This document shows positions 1 through 10,600 of a stretch of 64,000 nt of DNA, piece by piece. The stretch lies in the IMG/VR virus record IMGVR_UViG_3300005823_000001; one strand, 5' to 3'. The DNA comes from an uncultured virus (IMG/VR IMGVR_UViG_3300005823_000001). Lineage: Duplodnaviria; Heunggongvirae; Uroviricota; Caudoviricetes. The translations under genes and the position numbers were made by a program. Position 1 is the stretch's first letter. Every line of letters starts with the position of its first letter. Under the pieces are notes generated by a model. It was not told the DNA's origin, made no database searches, and saw nothing but the letters and a program-made list of their open reading frames with translations.

Positions 1-588
1 GGTAATGGTACTCCCGTCAATAGCATGAGCCGTTGGATGGCTAGGGTGAGTAGGGTCAGCCATATCATAGTAGTCGCCTACTCGAACAGGCGTGATAAGG
101 CCAAAGGCATTCGGGTTATAAGGATAGAAGACTCCGCTTATAGAAGGTGGATTTGCAGTTTGTACTATACCACCACTACAAGTAAGAGAGCCTACACCAG
201 CTAGGGTAGCGGCACCTGGTCTTACTAAGCTACCACTGGCAGATAAGGCACCCACGCCAGCTAATGTGCCTACACCTGTAGCCTCTACAGTAGCAGCACA
301 TGTACAATCGCCTACACCCGCTAATGTAGCCGCACCATATACCTCAGCACCAACAGAACCTAAGGCAGATAGGTCGCCTACTCCGGCTAAGGTAGCCGAA
401 CCTGTATGTTCAGCAGTAGCGTTACAGGTAAAAGCGCCTACACCAGCTAGGGTAGCAGAGCCGGTTACTACCGCTCCCGCCGGAGCCGTCGCCGCCGTCT
501 GAGCATATAGACGGCCAGCGACAGTTACTAGCTGGTTAGTAGAAACTAGCCTAGCATGGAGACGACCGGCGATAGTTACAAATTTCAT
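1..588 (-). CDS. N-terminal part of a GxATLAGxG-repeat tail fibre/filament protein (runs off the left edge; not in the ORF track)
   Basis: ATG at 588-586 overlaps the TGA of the upstream gene (ATGA). It reads MKFVTIAGRLHARLV..., then GSATLAGVG repeats, then a non-repeat domain (...PTAHAIDGSTIT). Open to position 1. Confidence 0.85.
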   Translation of the reverse strand, partial: MKFVTIAGRLHARLVSTNQLVTVAGRLYAQTAATAPAGAVVTGSATLAGVGAFTCNATAEHTGSATLAGVGDLSALGSVGAEVYGAATLAGVGDCTCAATVEATGVGTLAGVGALSASGSLVRPGAATLAGVGSLTCSGGIVQTANPPSISGVFYPYNPNAFGLITPVRVGDYYDMADPTHPSHPTAHAIDGSTIT

Positions 589-1913
589 GCGACTTCTATA
601 TCAGAGAAATAGGCCAGTTTACCGGCCTCGTTGCTCTTGAGTACAAGCTCCAACACCTCTCCTACATCGGGAGTTACAGCAGTAAACGTCAACTTTTGCC
701 AGGTGTCATTACCCGCAGTTACGGTCTCAGTCTCCTCTGTAATAGTCTGACCCCGCAGAGTAGCTGTGGGCTTTGTGGAAGCGCTATTGTGTTTGGCGTA
801 GATGGAAATGGTTATCTCTGTATCTGCCTCTGCTGCAATTTGAATAACCTTTTGGCCAATGCCTACCATAAAGATTCCTGGTGGGTTAGTGTTATAGAAG
901 GTCGATGTCCATCCCAAAGACTCAACAGCCAACTCATATGGGCCAATCTCTATAGTTCCCTGCTGCCGCGTCCGGTTTAATATATCCGTGGTGGTAGGGA
1001 GATAGCTATTGTTTCCTTTCTCAAGTAGCGAGCCAAAGGCCATCGGCTCAAGAGCCCGCCTCAAAAGGTCTATATTTTGGAATGCCACTATGTTGGTCTT
1101 AGTAGGGGCGCTACCGGAGCCGCCGGAGCTTGCTATCTGGCAGGCTGCATAGGAACAGTTAGTCTTGGCTACGTTCTGGAAGCCCATCGTGGCGTAGCAG
1201 GCGTGGCAGTTGGTAAAGCCAGGGGTATTGCTCGTATCTGCACAGTAGAAGCAAACACTACAGGCGACAGCTACACAGTTATAATTTTCAACGTCTGTGT
1301 CACTCAGGAAAAAGCCATATTGAGAGCCGATTGCCATGTTGTTCCTAGAACCATCCTGGCACAGGAAAGCGTAGAAGCCGGTGCCGATGCAATTCTCACA
1401 GTAGCAACTTTGCCAACCGTATTTGCCAGCCGCCATGCTCCTAGCTGCCCATATGCCGTAGGCTCCAACAAAGCCCGTCATTATAGCGTCATACACCTTA
1501 CAGGTAGCATCATAAGAGCTACGGGTGACGGTGCCTTTAGAGGTGCTATACGTTCCATCAAAGACTATAGGCCCATAGACCTCTACATACTGTTCATCGG
1601 TAAAGTCAAGAGCGCTATCCGTGCCCTCTGCCTCACTACTATTAGCAGCAGTCCACCTCACAATACCAGGCTTATCGCTGGTAAGGTGCTCGCACTCAGG
1701 GTCAGCTATCCATTTAATAGGGCTACCTGAGGAGCCGCTATAGCTTAGGTCTACCATCTCACGATAGGTGCCAGGGCCAATGTATATTATGTCCCCAGCA
1801 GTATCAGCATCGGTAGCCGCCTTGCCTAGGGTTAGCCACGCTGAGCCCGCACCTGGGCCTGTACCGGCATTAGAATCACTTCCCACCTGCTGAGAGACAT
1901 AGTAGGTAGTCAT
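585..1913 (-). CDS. Putative beta-helix tail spike/receptor-binding protein, Cys-rich
   Basis: TYYVS..GSDSNAG..AWLTL..A..GDIIYIGPGTYRE beta-helix N-terminus and an EIGPYE-type C-terminal motif; tail context. Confidence 0.65.
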   Translation of the reverse strand: MTTYYVSQQVGSDSNAGTGPGAGSAWLTLGKAATDADTAGDIIYIGPGTYREMVDLSYSGSSGSPIKWIADPECEHLTSDKPGIVRWTAANSSEAEGTDSALDFTDEQYVEVYGPIVFDGTYSTSKGTVTRSSYDATCKVYDAIMTGFVGAYGIWAARSMAAGKYGWQSCYCENCIGTGFYAFLCQDGSRNNMAIGSQYGFFLSDTDVENYNCVAVACSVCFYCADTSNTPGFTNCHACYATMGFQNVAKTNCSYAACQIASSGGSGSAPTKTNIVAFQNIDLLRRALEPMAFGSLLEKGNNSYLPTTTDILNRTRQQGTIEIGPYELAVESLGWTSTFYNTNPPGIFMVGIGQKVIQIAAEADTEITISIYAKHNSASTKPTATLRGQTITEETETVTAGNDTWQKLTFTAVTPDVGEVLELVLKSNEAGKLAYFSDIEVA

Positions 1914-1923
1914 ACTGGCCCCC

Positions 1924-2373
1924 TTATGCTAATGAGAATACGCCGTCTGCATGGAAGTGTATAGTGAAATCCTCGTCGTTGGTAGTGAAAGGGAATCCTC
2001 CCTGGTCTAGATAGGCGATTATCAGAGCTAGCGAATCTGAGGCATTGTACTTGTAGATGATGCAGGCTTCTATATCGCCGTTATCGTTGTGTAGGTCGTC
2101 CCAGGTAACATCTGTAACTACCTTGAATACCGCCAAGTCATTCGTTAGATCAACCTCTGCGTAGAAATCAGAACCAGGCGTACCTAGCGACTTACGTACG
2201 TAGCCTGTCCCACTAAGCTCTGATGTAGCGATGTTAGTATCTCCTAGGTACTTGTCGTCTACGTCCCCATCGTAGGTGCTCTTGACAAGTAGAACACGAA
2301 TATCATCGGCATCTAGGTCAACGTCGCCCTGTAGCCATGCCTCTTTAGCGTAATTGCTAACATAGTTGGCCAT
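1924..2373 (-). CDS. Minor tail protein (tail-fibre adaptor type)
   Basis: Acidic 149 aa; ELSGTGYVRK motif resembles the neighbouring gene; tail context. Confidence 0.6.
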   Translation of the reverse strand: MANYVSNYAKEAWLQGDVDLDADDIRVLLVKSTYDGDVDDKYLGDTNIATSELSGTGYVRKSLGTPGSDFYAEVDLTNDLAVFKVVTDVTWDDLHNDNGDIEACIIYKYNASDSLALIIAYLDQGGFPFTTNDEDFTIHFHADGVFSLA

Positions 2374-2455
2374 GCCAACCTCCTATTAAGCTAAGGCCCT
2401 CCACCCTCCCAGCGGCAGAAGCCACTACCGCTGCCTATATGCACAACTACTCCCC

Positions 2456-2845
2456 TTATGCTAGACTGCACTCCAAGTCACCGGCTGCTATCTTGAAGGT
2501 GTCACCATCACCTACGGCCTTGGCCGTATCCAGTATACCGTGGAAGAGCATGTTACCGGTGCTAACAGCGTCAAAGATGGCTACGTGGGTGATGGTTCCC
2601 CAAGACTCAGTAGCAGGCCCAAACTCCTCATCGTCGGTATTCTGAGTAACACCATCGGTAGGAGCGTCAAAGGCCGCAGCTTGCCGTGCGTAGCCGCCTA
2701 GCCCTGTTATCTCAGTACCGCTAGCATCGTCAAGAGGGTCGGTGGTGAATAGAGCTATATAGACCGTTGTGGGAGACGAGTATGCCGCGTTCCGTAGGAC
2801 ATGGTCTATAAGCTCGGTTTCCAGATAGTTACTAAGCTTAGCCAA
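2456..2845 (-). CDS. Phage tail fibre/adaptor protein (Gp80-like)
   Basis: SNYLE...VYIALFTTDP...GTE..GGYARQ...WGTITHVAIFDA..GNMLF pattern typical of this family. Confidence 0.75.
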   Translation of the reverse strand: MAKLSNYLETELIDHVLRNAAYSSPTTVYIALFTTDPLDDASGTEITGLGGYARQAAAFDAPTDGVTQNTDDEEFGPATESWGTITHVAIFDAVSTGNMLFHGILDTAKAVGDGDTFKIAAGDLECSLA

Positions 2846-2911
2846 GTGAATCCTCCTATGTTACTACACTCTACCCGCTATATTCAGTTGTGCTCTTGCT
2901 ATAGGCCCCTC

Positions 2912-3325
2912 CTATGTGTTCACCCATCCACCTTCAGGCTCTCGCCAGACAGAGCCGTTACTTACGTTTAGACCGCCATCATCGCTATTGTTGATGACAG
3001 CACCGGCTCCAAGTGTAACAGCAGATGGCCTAGTAGCGTCTGTGTACGTCTTAAATGTGAGATGGTCTATAATACCTTGCGGGTTTGTCTTGCCTAGGAT
3101 TATAAAGCTACCAGCTATGCGAGCCACCACTACAAAGTCATCTACCGTATAAGGGCCATAACAGATACATTGGTAGTAGTGGTCTGCATCGGCAGTATCG
3201 CCTAGGAATCGTACCTTCACGCCGTTAGCAGTTACCTCTTTCACCTGAGCAAACATCAACCGGTAGCTATTACGTTGAGCTATGCTGTCTATGAGCTTAG
3301 CTAGCCTGCCCCCCTCACCGGCCAT
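2912..3325 (-). CDS. Tail tip/spike protein
   Basis: OB-fold-like N-terminus (VKVRFLGD...VDDFVVVARIAGSFIILGK) directly after the hub gene. Confidence 0.55.
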   Translation of the reverse strand: MAGEGGRLAKLIDSIAQRNSYRLMFAQVKEVTANGVKVRFLGDTADADHYYQCICYGPYTVDDFVVVARIAGSFIILGKTNPQGIIDHLTFKTYTDATRPSAVTLGAGAVINNSDDGGLNVSNGSVWREPEGGWVNT

Positions 3326-4401
3326 TACGCTACCGCCTGCACTTTGGCTATCTCATGCTTCATAGGCCCGCCTAGTTTAAGTGGCATCGTCCATCCTCGA
3401 CACCACCACTTACCGCTTAATAGCGGGCTAGCGCCGTTTCTATACACATTCAAAGTGTAAGCCTCATGTATGGTTCTGCTGGGGTCTAAACCGGTGTAGA
3501 GGTAGCCAGTGAGATACACACTAGCGGCCTGCTCACATAAGGCTTGAGCATAGGCATCGGCATCAGCTTGTGTTTGTATAGATGTGCTATCTATCACCTT
3601 GCAGATAGTCCGGCCCAACGATACTGTGGATATAGGGCTATCAGGATTGCTGTTAGTGTAGGAGCCGGTGATAGGAACATCTAGGTCGGGATTATTCACC
3701 CGCACGATTACCTTATTAGCAAACCTAGTAGCATCAGTCCTGATAGTGGCCGGATTAGGCATTACCATGCTATTCTCGTCTGTAGTATAGGCAACCGTTG
3801 GCGTAATCTCGTCTAAGGACTGCCTCAATCTGGTAACTAAATAGCCCCTGTCTTCCATCCAAGGCGTCCAGCAGCCACCTGCATTACACAGATTAGATAT
3901 AGCCCTTAGTTTAGACGTACCCACCTCCCAGGTCATATCTGCGGTCAGGTTAGATGATGGTGCATCAGGGAAGTTGAATAGAGATAGGCCCGCTCCCTCT
4001 GCTATCGCCTTAGCTTCAGCTAGCGGGTCATCGCCATCATCTGCTGTATAAGGAGCATCGAATAGGTCTTCCAATAGGATTACTGATAGGTCGTAAGCGT
4101 CAATATCCCATAGGGATACGTCTGGCCCATGTCGCCGCTTAGGGAAGCCTAGTCGGTAGATTCCTAGCTCATAGTCAACCATTGAACCTGCTTCTGTAAT
4201 ACGCATGACCGGCATGAAATAGTCAGATAGGAAGGTTATGGCATCCGTCTCCTCTATGGTAAAGCGGGCCTGGAATTTTACAGATAAGTCCATATCCATC
4301 CGTATTGTACCGGCCTGTACATACTCAGTTACATCGGCCTGGAATACGCCAGCCTTGTTAACCTTGTAATATAGGAATTCTATTTGGCGCTGGTCGGTCA
4401 T
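3325..4401 (-). CDS. Baseplate hub / Tal-like minor tail protein
   Basis: Position after the distal tail protein; NKVIVR...NSNPDSPISTVSLGR...QTQADADAYA motifs. Confidence 0.7.
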   Translation of the reverse strand: MTDQRQIEFLYYKVNKAGVFQADVTEYVQAGTIRMDMDLSVKFQARFTIEETDAITFLSDYFMPVMRITEAGSMVDYELGIYRLGFPKRRHGPDVSLWDIDAYDLSVILLEDLFDAPYTADDGDDPLAEAKAIAEGAGLSLFNFPDAPSSNLTADMTWEVGTSKLRAISNLCNAGGCWTPWMEDRGYLVTRLRQSLDEITPTVAYTTDENSMVMPNPATIRTDATRFANKVIVRVNNPDLDVPITGSYTNSNPDSPISTVSLGRTICKVIDSTSIQTQADADAYAQALCEQAASVYLTGYLYTGLDPSRTIHEAYTLNVYRNGASPLLSGKWWCRGWTMPLKLGGPMKHEIAKVQAVA

Positions 4402-7400
4402 GCGCTCACTTCCTCGGTATATTGGGCCTCAATCAGGTGTAGCTCTCCCCGCAGGCCGCTAGGCCGTCGATGGTGATAGCGGTAGCCCTTATCCATATTA
4501 CAGAATATCTTAGTGCTCCTGCTGTCCCTATAGCATAGCTTCTCGTTGCTTTCATACAGCGCTTGTAAGTCGTCTAGGGTACCCTCGTCAGCTTCCCTAA
4601 GTGCCCAGCTAACCTTAAACCGGCGGTAGTTAGCCTTGCCTATCTCCAAGACCGGAGCCGTCCGGCCCCAATATAGTACCTCTTTCTGGTCACGTCGCCG
4701 GTCAAATGAACGGCTAATAGTGATTGAGAATAGCGCATAGCTAGTTGCATCAGTCAAGTCGTGTAGCACAATCATGCCAGCAACATCAACACTATCTGAA
4801 GGTGTGCTGCTATCACCGCTTTCTACCTCGTCACCACTTATAAGCTCCACCTGAGTAACCTTATACTGGCTATCTTCATTAAGCGGCACCAAATAGTCCT
4901 TATAGGTAGTGGTAGCCTTTGTAGTAATAGCCACCATGCGTGTCCAAGCAGAAGTGCCTACCTTGCGACGATATATAAGGTATTCGACAAACTCTAGGCC
5001 GCTCTCATCCCAATCTATCTGCATATGCGGATTGCCACTTATAACCGGTGTAAGCGCTACATTGGCGATGACCGCCGGAGGTGTCCAGGCCGTAGTAAAA
5101 GTACGCCAACCGGTAGATTCAGCCTGTGTATCATCCGTATCCCAAACATATACTTTCAGCTTATATGTATTGCCGGTATGCAAGTAACCGGTCGGTATGT
5201 CGTGATACTCATTAGAGCTAGCCACTATGCCAGAATCATATATAACAGTCTCAAGAGCGCTATCATAGATGATAGTTCTATACTTGTTCTGGTTAAGAGT
5301 ACCTGAATACGTCCATTGTGTTTGTGGAGTAGGGGTAACTACACTTTCGTCTTCTGCCGGAAAGTCGATTGTAACAGTAGGAGACAAAACCGGCATAAAG
5401 ATGTTATACGCTGATTCAGCCCCTAGTAGATATCCATCACGGGTTTTGACCTTCCACTTATAGGCTGTTCCATAATCGAGAGCCGTAGCTGTCTCATGCT
5501 CCTCATCCTCAGCTGCCGCAGCAGTAGCTATAAAATCATCCCACCTAGTATCTGTCGCATGGGCCTCTTCAGCATACAAGCCTACTCCAGTTTCTTCCTC
5601 ATGGTCAGTTATAGTCTGAGGAGCAATTGCCTGTATACCATTGACGTATACACTTACTTGGTCACCAACAAATCGTATCTCAACCGGATACCAGCCACCT
5701 ATTACCATATCTATACCGCTTGAGGTTTCTATAGTGCTCTGCGAGCCACTTACGCACTTACCTAGGCGTATTACACCCCCATAAGTGGCGTCTGCGAAAA
5801 GATACACATACAAATAATCTTCATCGCTACCTGTAAAATCTTTTATACGGAAAGCTATACCATTCAAGGCAGCAGCGCCCGCATACTTGAGGCGACAATA
5901 CACCTTCCCATCAGCAGAGCCCATATCTTGCCATAGAGAGGCCCTGTACCTGGCATTTAAGGCAGTACAGCGTACTGCATCATCTAACCGGCTCCAAGTG
6001 CCTTCTTGCGTCCAGGCCTTACCTGAGGGCTCGCTGTCATCATTAGCAATAGCACCGGAGCCTGCAAAGGCATCTAATATAGCAGCTAGCGTCTTGGGGT
6101 AACCGCTTACAAGGTTATCGCTAACATTCTCTCGTAGCTCTACCCTAGCACCGCTTTGAGCATCGCTATTGGGGTCATTATGCGTCCAGCTTAATAGGGG
6201 AGTTTGGTCACCGTATAGATTTTCACCGCCGGTAGGATCACAATCGGTAGGTGTAGTAGGTGCTGAACCTATTAGGATAGTTTGTAAAGAAGTCCAATCG
6301 CCCCAGATACCATTGCTATCTTTGCATCGGGCCTTCCACTTATAAGAAGTACCTCTAGTAAGACTATAGGTATCCAGTATTTGAAACCGGCTACCTGTAT
6401 TAGTAACAGAGCCGGAATCCCAAATAAGGACTGTAGCAGCGCTATTCCATATTTGCACTTGAGCAGCTGCCATAACACCGGCATCACCCTGTGAATAGTC
6501 GCCACCGAAAGTAGGCCGCTGTTCTAGTATATCACCAGTGGGAAGCAAGCTAGTAGGCGCGTTAGGCGCATCTAGCGGCTGGTCAATATGCATCATCAAC
6601 TGAGTTACATATTTGGTATTCTGTAGAGCAGCATCCGTCTGGATGAGTACCTGCATGGCATCTATCTGAGCCCAAGTAAGCCCTAGGTCAGACCTGCAAT
6701 GGACGGCGCACAGGGCATAATGCAGAGGCCCATTGCCGTCATGAGTTACAATATACGGAGTGCCAGCAGCTACAAATCCTATCCTTGTCGGACTATAAGA
6801 ACCTGCAAAGAGTTTCACTACATTAGTAGTGCAAAAACCGTTATGGGGCTCGCCGGAGGGCAGAGGGTTAGATACAGGATATGACTCACGATAATTGTAA
6901 TGGTTCGCATCATAGATGTAATCAGTGTCGTCGGTATGAGGTATCTCGTCAACATCACTATAGCTTCCTATCCACTGGTTGTAGGACTGAGTACCTGCTA
7001 CAGGTACCATCGGTGCAAGTACCTTCCCATTAGCAGGTACCACACAGCTGTCATCGCTAATAGCATTAGCTATATCATCAAAGATGAGGTCAATAGCCTG
7101 CGATTCCGTGCCTACGCATCCTATGCTCAAACTATAGTATTCATGCATAGTAGGCGTAGCAGAGATCTCCTCAACTCCATCCATGTAAACCTTAACGGTG
7201 CCAGCATAGACGTTGACTTCCCATCCTATAGTAGACCACTCGTTCTGTATCAAGGACGTAGTTGTAGTACCCTTTACAGCGCCTAGATAGTCCAACAAGC
7301 TAATAGTGCCATCGGTATTGAGCCTTAGCTCCAAGTTACCGCCACTGGCCAGCCATCTAGCTATCTTTCTTGAGTTAGTAAGAGGTAGAGCCGTCCGGCA

Positions 7401-7634
7401 CATCACCGGTATTCTGGTAGCAGGCCCGTACATAGAGGGATAATCAGATGCGCTCAAATCCCATATTGGACTTCGACCGTAGCCATTAGCGCCAGAAGTC
7501 GGATTGCACTGTAACGCATAGGTACCATTTCTCTTGTACGTGCTCTGAATAGCGGACGTTCCATACAAGTCCATCTCAGGGTCGCCATTATTGGCCCCTA
7601 GCTCAAATCCTGTACACCAAAATGAGTCAGTCAT
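4398..7634 (-). CDS. Large minor tail protein with lectin-like and FN3-like domains, Dit-like C-terminus
   Basis: 1078 aa after the tape measure; repeated YKWKARC/YKWKVK/YKLKVYV FN3 signatures; C-terminal YWGRTAPV..LCYRDSR. Confidence 0.7.
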   Translation of the reverse strand: MTDSFWCTGFELGANNGDPEMDLYGTSAIQSTYKRNGTYALQCNPTSGANGYGRSPIWDLSASDYPSMYGPATRIPVMCRTALPLTNSRKIARWLASGGNLELRLNTDGTISLLDYLGAVKGTTTTSLIQNEWSTIGWEVNVYAGTVKVYMDGVEEISATPTMHEYYSLSIGCVGTESQAIDLIFDDIANAISDDSCVVPANGKVLAPMVPVAGTQSYNQWIGSYSDVDEIPHTDDTDYIYDANHYNYRESYPVSNPLPSGEPHNGFCTTNVVKLFAGSYSPTRIGFVAAGTPYIVTHDGNGPLHYALCAVHCRSDLGLTWAQIDAMQVLIQTDAALQNTKYVTQLMMHIDQPLDAPNAPTSLLPTGDILEQRPTFGGDYSQGDAGVMAAAQVQIWNSAATVLIWDSGSVTNTGSRFQILDTYSLTRGTSYKWKARCKDSNGIWGDWTSLQTILIGSAPTTPTDCDPTGGENLYGDQTPLLSWTHNDPNSDAQSGARVELRENVSDNLVSGYPKTLAAILDAFAGSGAIANDDSEPSGKAWTQEGTWSRLDDAVRCTALNARYRASLWQDMGSADGKVYCRLKYAGAAALNGIAFRIKDFTGSDEDYLYVYLFADATYGGVIRLGKCVSGSQSTIETSSGIDMVIGGWYPVEIRFVGDQVSVYVNGIQAIAPQTITDHEEETGVGLYAEEAHATDTRWDDFIATAAAAEDEEHETATALDYGTAYKWKVKTRDGYLLGAESAYNIFMPVLSPTVTIDFPAEDESVVTPTPQTQWTYSGTLNQNKYRTIIYDSALETVIYDSGIVASSNEYHDIPTGYLHTGNTYKLKVYVWDTDDTQAESTGWRTFTTAWTPPAVIANVALTPVISGNPHMQIDWDESGLEFVEYLIYRRKVGTSAWTRMVAITTKATTTYKDYLVPLNEDSQYKVTQVELISGDEVESGDSSTPSDSVDVAGMIVLHDLTDATSYALFSITISRSFDRRRDQKEVLYWGRTAPVLEIGKANYRRFKVSWALREADEGTLDDLQALYESNEKLCYRDSRSTKIFCNMDKGYRYHHRRPSGLRGELHLIEAQYTEEVSA

Positions 7635-7635
7635 A

Positions 7636-10600
7636 CTAAGTCCCTAACGTAGGCTCCACCACTTCTACCTCGTCTAGTATCTCTTCTACTGTAACCCTAA
7701 CGCTTTCTGCTATAGAGTCACCTATAGCTTCGCCGCCTTCTACACCGGCCACATCTACGTTGATATTAAACGTATACTGCTTACTAGAGTTCACACTACC
7801 GGCTGCTGCTAACCCGCGTGTACCACCTATCATTCCATTGAGCTTAGGTAGGTCTATGGATAAGGGCTCAAGATTGATGCCCCTCTGGATACCGGCCCCT
7901 ATCGCAACACCTAGCGGTATAGCCTTCTTTGCCGGACTAGATATGCCCAAGGCGTCTATCAGACCATCATATATGATATCAGCTATGCTCTCGGCCCAGC
8001 TATCCCAATCACTATTAAACGCTTGCCAGATACCAGACATTACGTAGCCGCCGATGCTCCGGCCCCATGCCCCAGCGGTACTAGAGCCCGCCCACCTGCC
8101 AAGTGCTGCACCGATGGCACCAGAGGCCTCCTGAGCCGTCCCTGGTGCGGTCTGGTCAACCTCACTACCCAACCCCTCAGTGACGGCTCCACCGGCCACC
8201 TCACCGGCCTCTGAGCCCTCCTCCTGGCCAAGGAGACTCAGTTGGCCCATGAGCAACGAGAGGGCAGTTTTAGCAGGGCCGGACTGGTCGCCCAGCATGT
8301 CTATTAGGGACTCTATATAATCAATAGCAGCATCTATACCGCCTTGAGACGCCACATTCCTAATGGCCCCTAGCCAGCTTCCCATGTAGCCTACCCAAGC
8401 TTGACCGGCCTTACCCATCTTAGATAGAGCCGCAGGCCCGCCGATGGCTGCTATATAAGCCTCAAATATACTCTGAGTAAGCTTGATAACCGATGGCATA
8501 TGGACTTCTGTGCCCTTGAGAAGGCCGCCAAGTAGGGCCTTGCCGCTTACCATACCGGCCTCAGCGCCTTCCGCTTTGCCTACTGTCTGAACCTCTCCAA
8601 GTAGCGCCCTAAGTGCCTTAGTCGCAGGTTCCTCGTTGTAGTCCAACAAGTCAGTGAACTGCTTTATATAAGCGACGGCTGCATCCACACCGCCCGTAGC
8701 GGCAATCTTATGCGCTTCATCTATGAATCCTTGCAGCGTTTCTGTCCAGCGTATGCCCTTCCAGCCCTTCGGTACCTGTAGACCGTTTAGACAAGCTTCA
8801 AGGAATTTGCTAAGACTATCCTGCACCGTAGCTGTTTGGCTATCTATCCCGCTAACTAGGCCCGACTCCGCTTCCTCTACTATAGCTATGCCTATCTGTT
8901 TAGCTGCTGACCGTAGGTCATCCGGTAGGTGAGTAAGATAATCGTTCAAATAGTCGCCCAAGCTACCAGTACTGGTAATGTATTTCTCTAAGGCGTCAGC
9001 CACAGCACCGGTGCTGTCATTGACTATAGCTTCACCTAAAGCCTCAGCCGGACGTTGCAGGCCTTCAGGTAGGTGCGTAAGCCAATCGTTTAGATGGTCA
9101 CTATATTTGACGGTAAACTTTGTGTAGCGGAATAGAGAGTCTTCTATAGACTCAGCAATAGAACGGCCAGCGGATTCTACAGTGGGTAGTGTACTTGCTA
9201 TGCCCTTCTCGATGCCAAGGCCTAGGCCCTCGCCCACCTCAATACCGAATACAGACGGTGAGAAGGGATTAAGCTTACCTAGCCCGTCGCCTACAGCGCC
9301 GAGTACAGCACCACCTAGACCCTTAACCTTATCTAGCAGCCAAGTCTTCATAGAGGCGATGCCATCCCATAGACCCTCTACTATGTCGATGCCTAGTTGG
9401 AGCATCTTTCCAGGTAGTGACTTGATGCCTTCCCATACCCAATTAGCTACGCTTGTACCCTTCTGCTTAAGGGAGTCTCCTATTGTTACAATGGCATCCT
9501 TCAGCTTGTCTCTGAAGGTATACATAAGTAATATGGGAATGCCACCAATTACGCCTATAAGCACATCCTTCCAATGGTCACGGAAGAAATTAGATACGGT
9601 GGAGGTTACTATCTCCTTTACCTCGTTGAAGGCCTCTATAATCTTATCACGGAACTTGTATATCAAGAGGCCTGGGATACCGGCGAAGATTACTATAAGC
9701 GCTTCCTTCCAATGCGTCTTAAACCAGTTAGGTATCGTCTTTATAAAGAAGTCTTTGATAAGTGCCCATCCGTCCTTGATGACCCCTAGGAAGGTATCTA
9801 GGTAGACGCCGATAAGCCCCTGAATAGCCTTCAGTACAAGCTCTATTTGTTTCTTGATGCCATCCCATATACCAGTAACTAGGTCTTTCACTCCCTGCCA
9901 AGCGCCTTCCCAGTCGCCCTTGATAAGTGCCATTACGATAGTGATGATGTTCTTAATAGCGCCGATTACCGTCTCTATGTAATTCTTAATCGTATTGAAC
10001 CAATACTCAACGATAATCCATATAGCTTTGAATGCTCCCTCAAAGATTCCACCTATGATGGGTATCTCTCGGAATGTATTTATGAAGCCCTTGACCTGAT
10101 TAGCTACACTAGCAAAGAATCCGCTTATCTCATCCCACTTAGCCAGTACTAGGGCTATTGCAGCCACTACAGCCAACCAAGGAGCTACTAGCGCCAAGAT
10201 AGCAGCCACCACTAGAATAAGCAGAGGCTTATGCTCCATAAGGAAAGCGCCTACCCTTTGTAGTGCTGGTATTACATAATCTTGTAGCACCGGCCATAGG
10301 TTAGACCAAAGATCAGTAAGCGTATCAAGAGCCGGTAGGAGAAACAGCCCTATCTCTTTCGCCGCGTCTATTATCTGAGGAATTAGCTCTTGGAAAGCTA
10401 TAGTCGCCTTGCCAATCCAAAGAGCAATCGGCTGTATTGAAGGCGGAAGGTTTGTAAGCCAATCGTTTAGCTCGTCACCTTCTGCCCAAACAAAGCCTAG
10501 ATACTTGCTGAAGGTGCTTAATACAGGTAGTACCTTCTTTTCGATGATAGTAAAGAATGCTGTCAAGCCGTCAAAGATACGTATGAGCACCGGCTCTAGC

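Noticed and set aside
585..7634. Diversity-generating retroelement acting on tail genes
   Set aside because: No reverse transcriptase and no template/variable repeat pair were seen.
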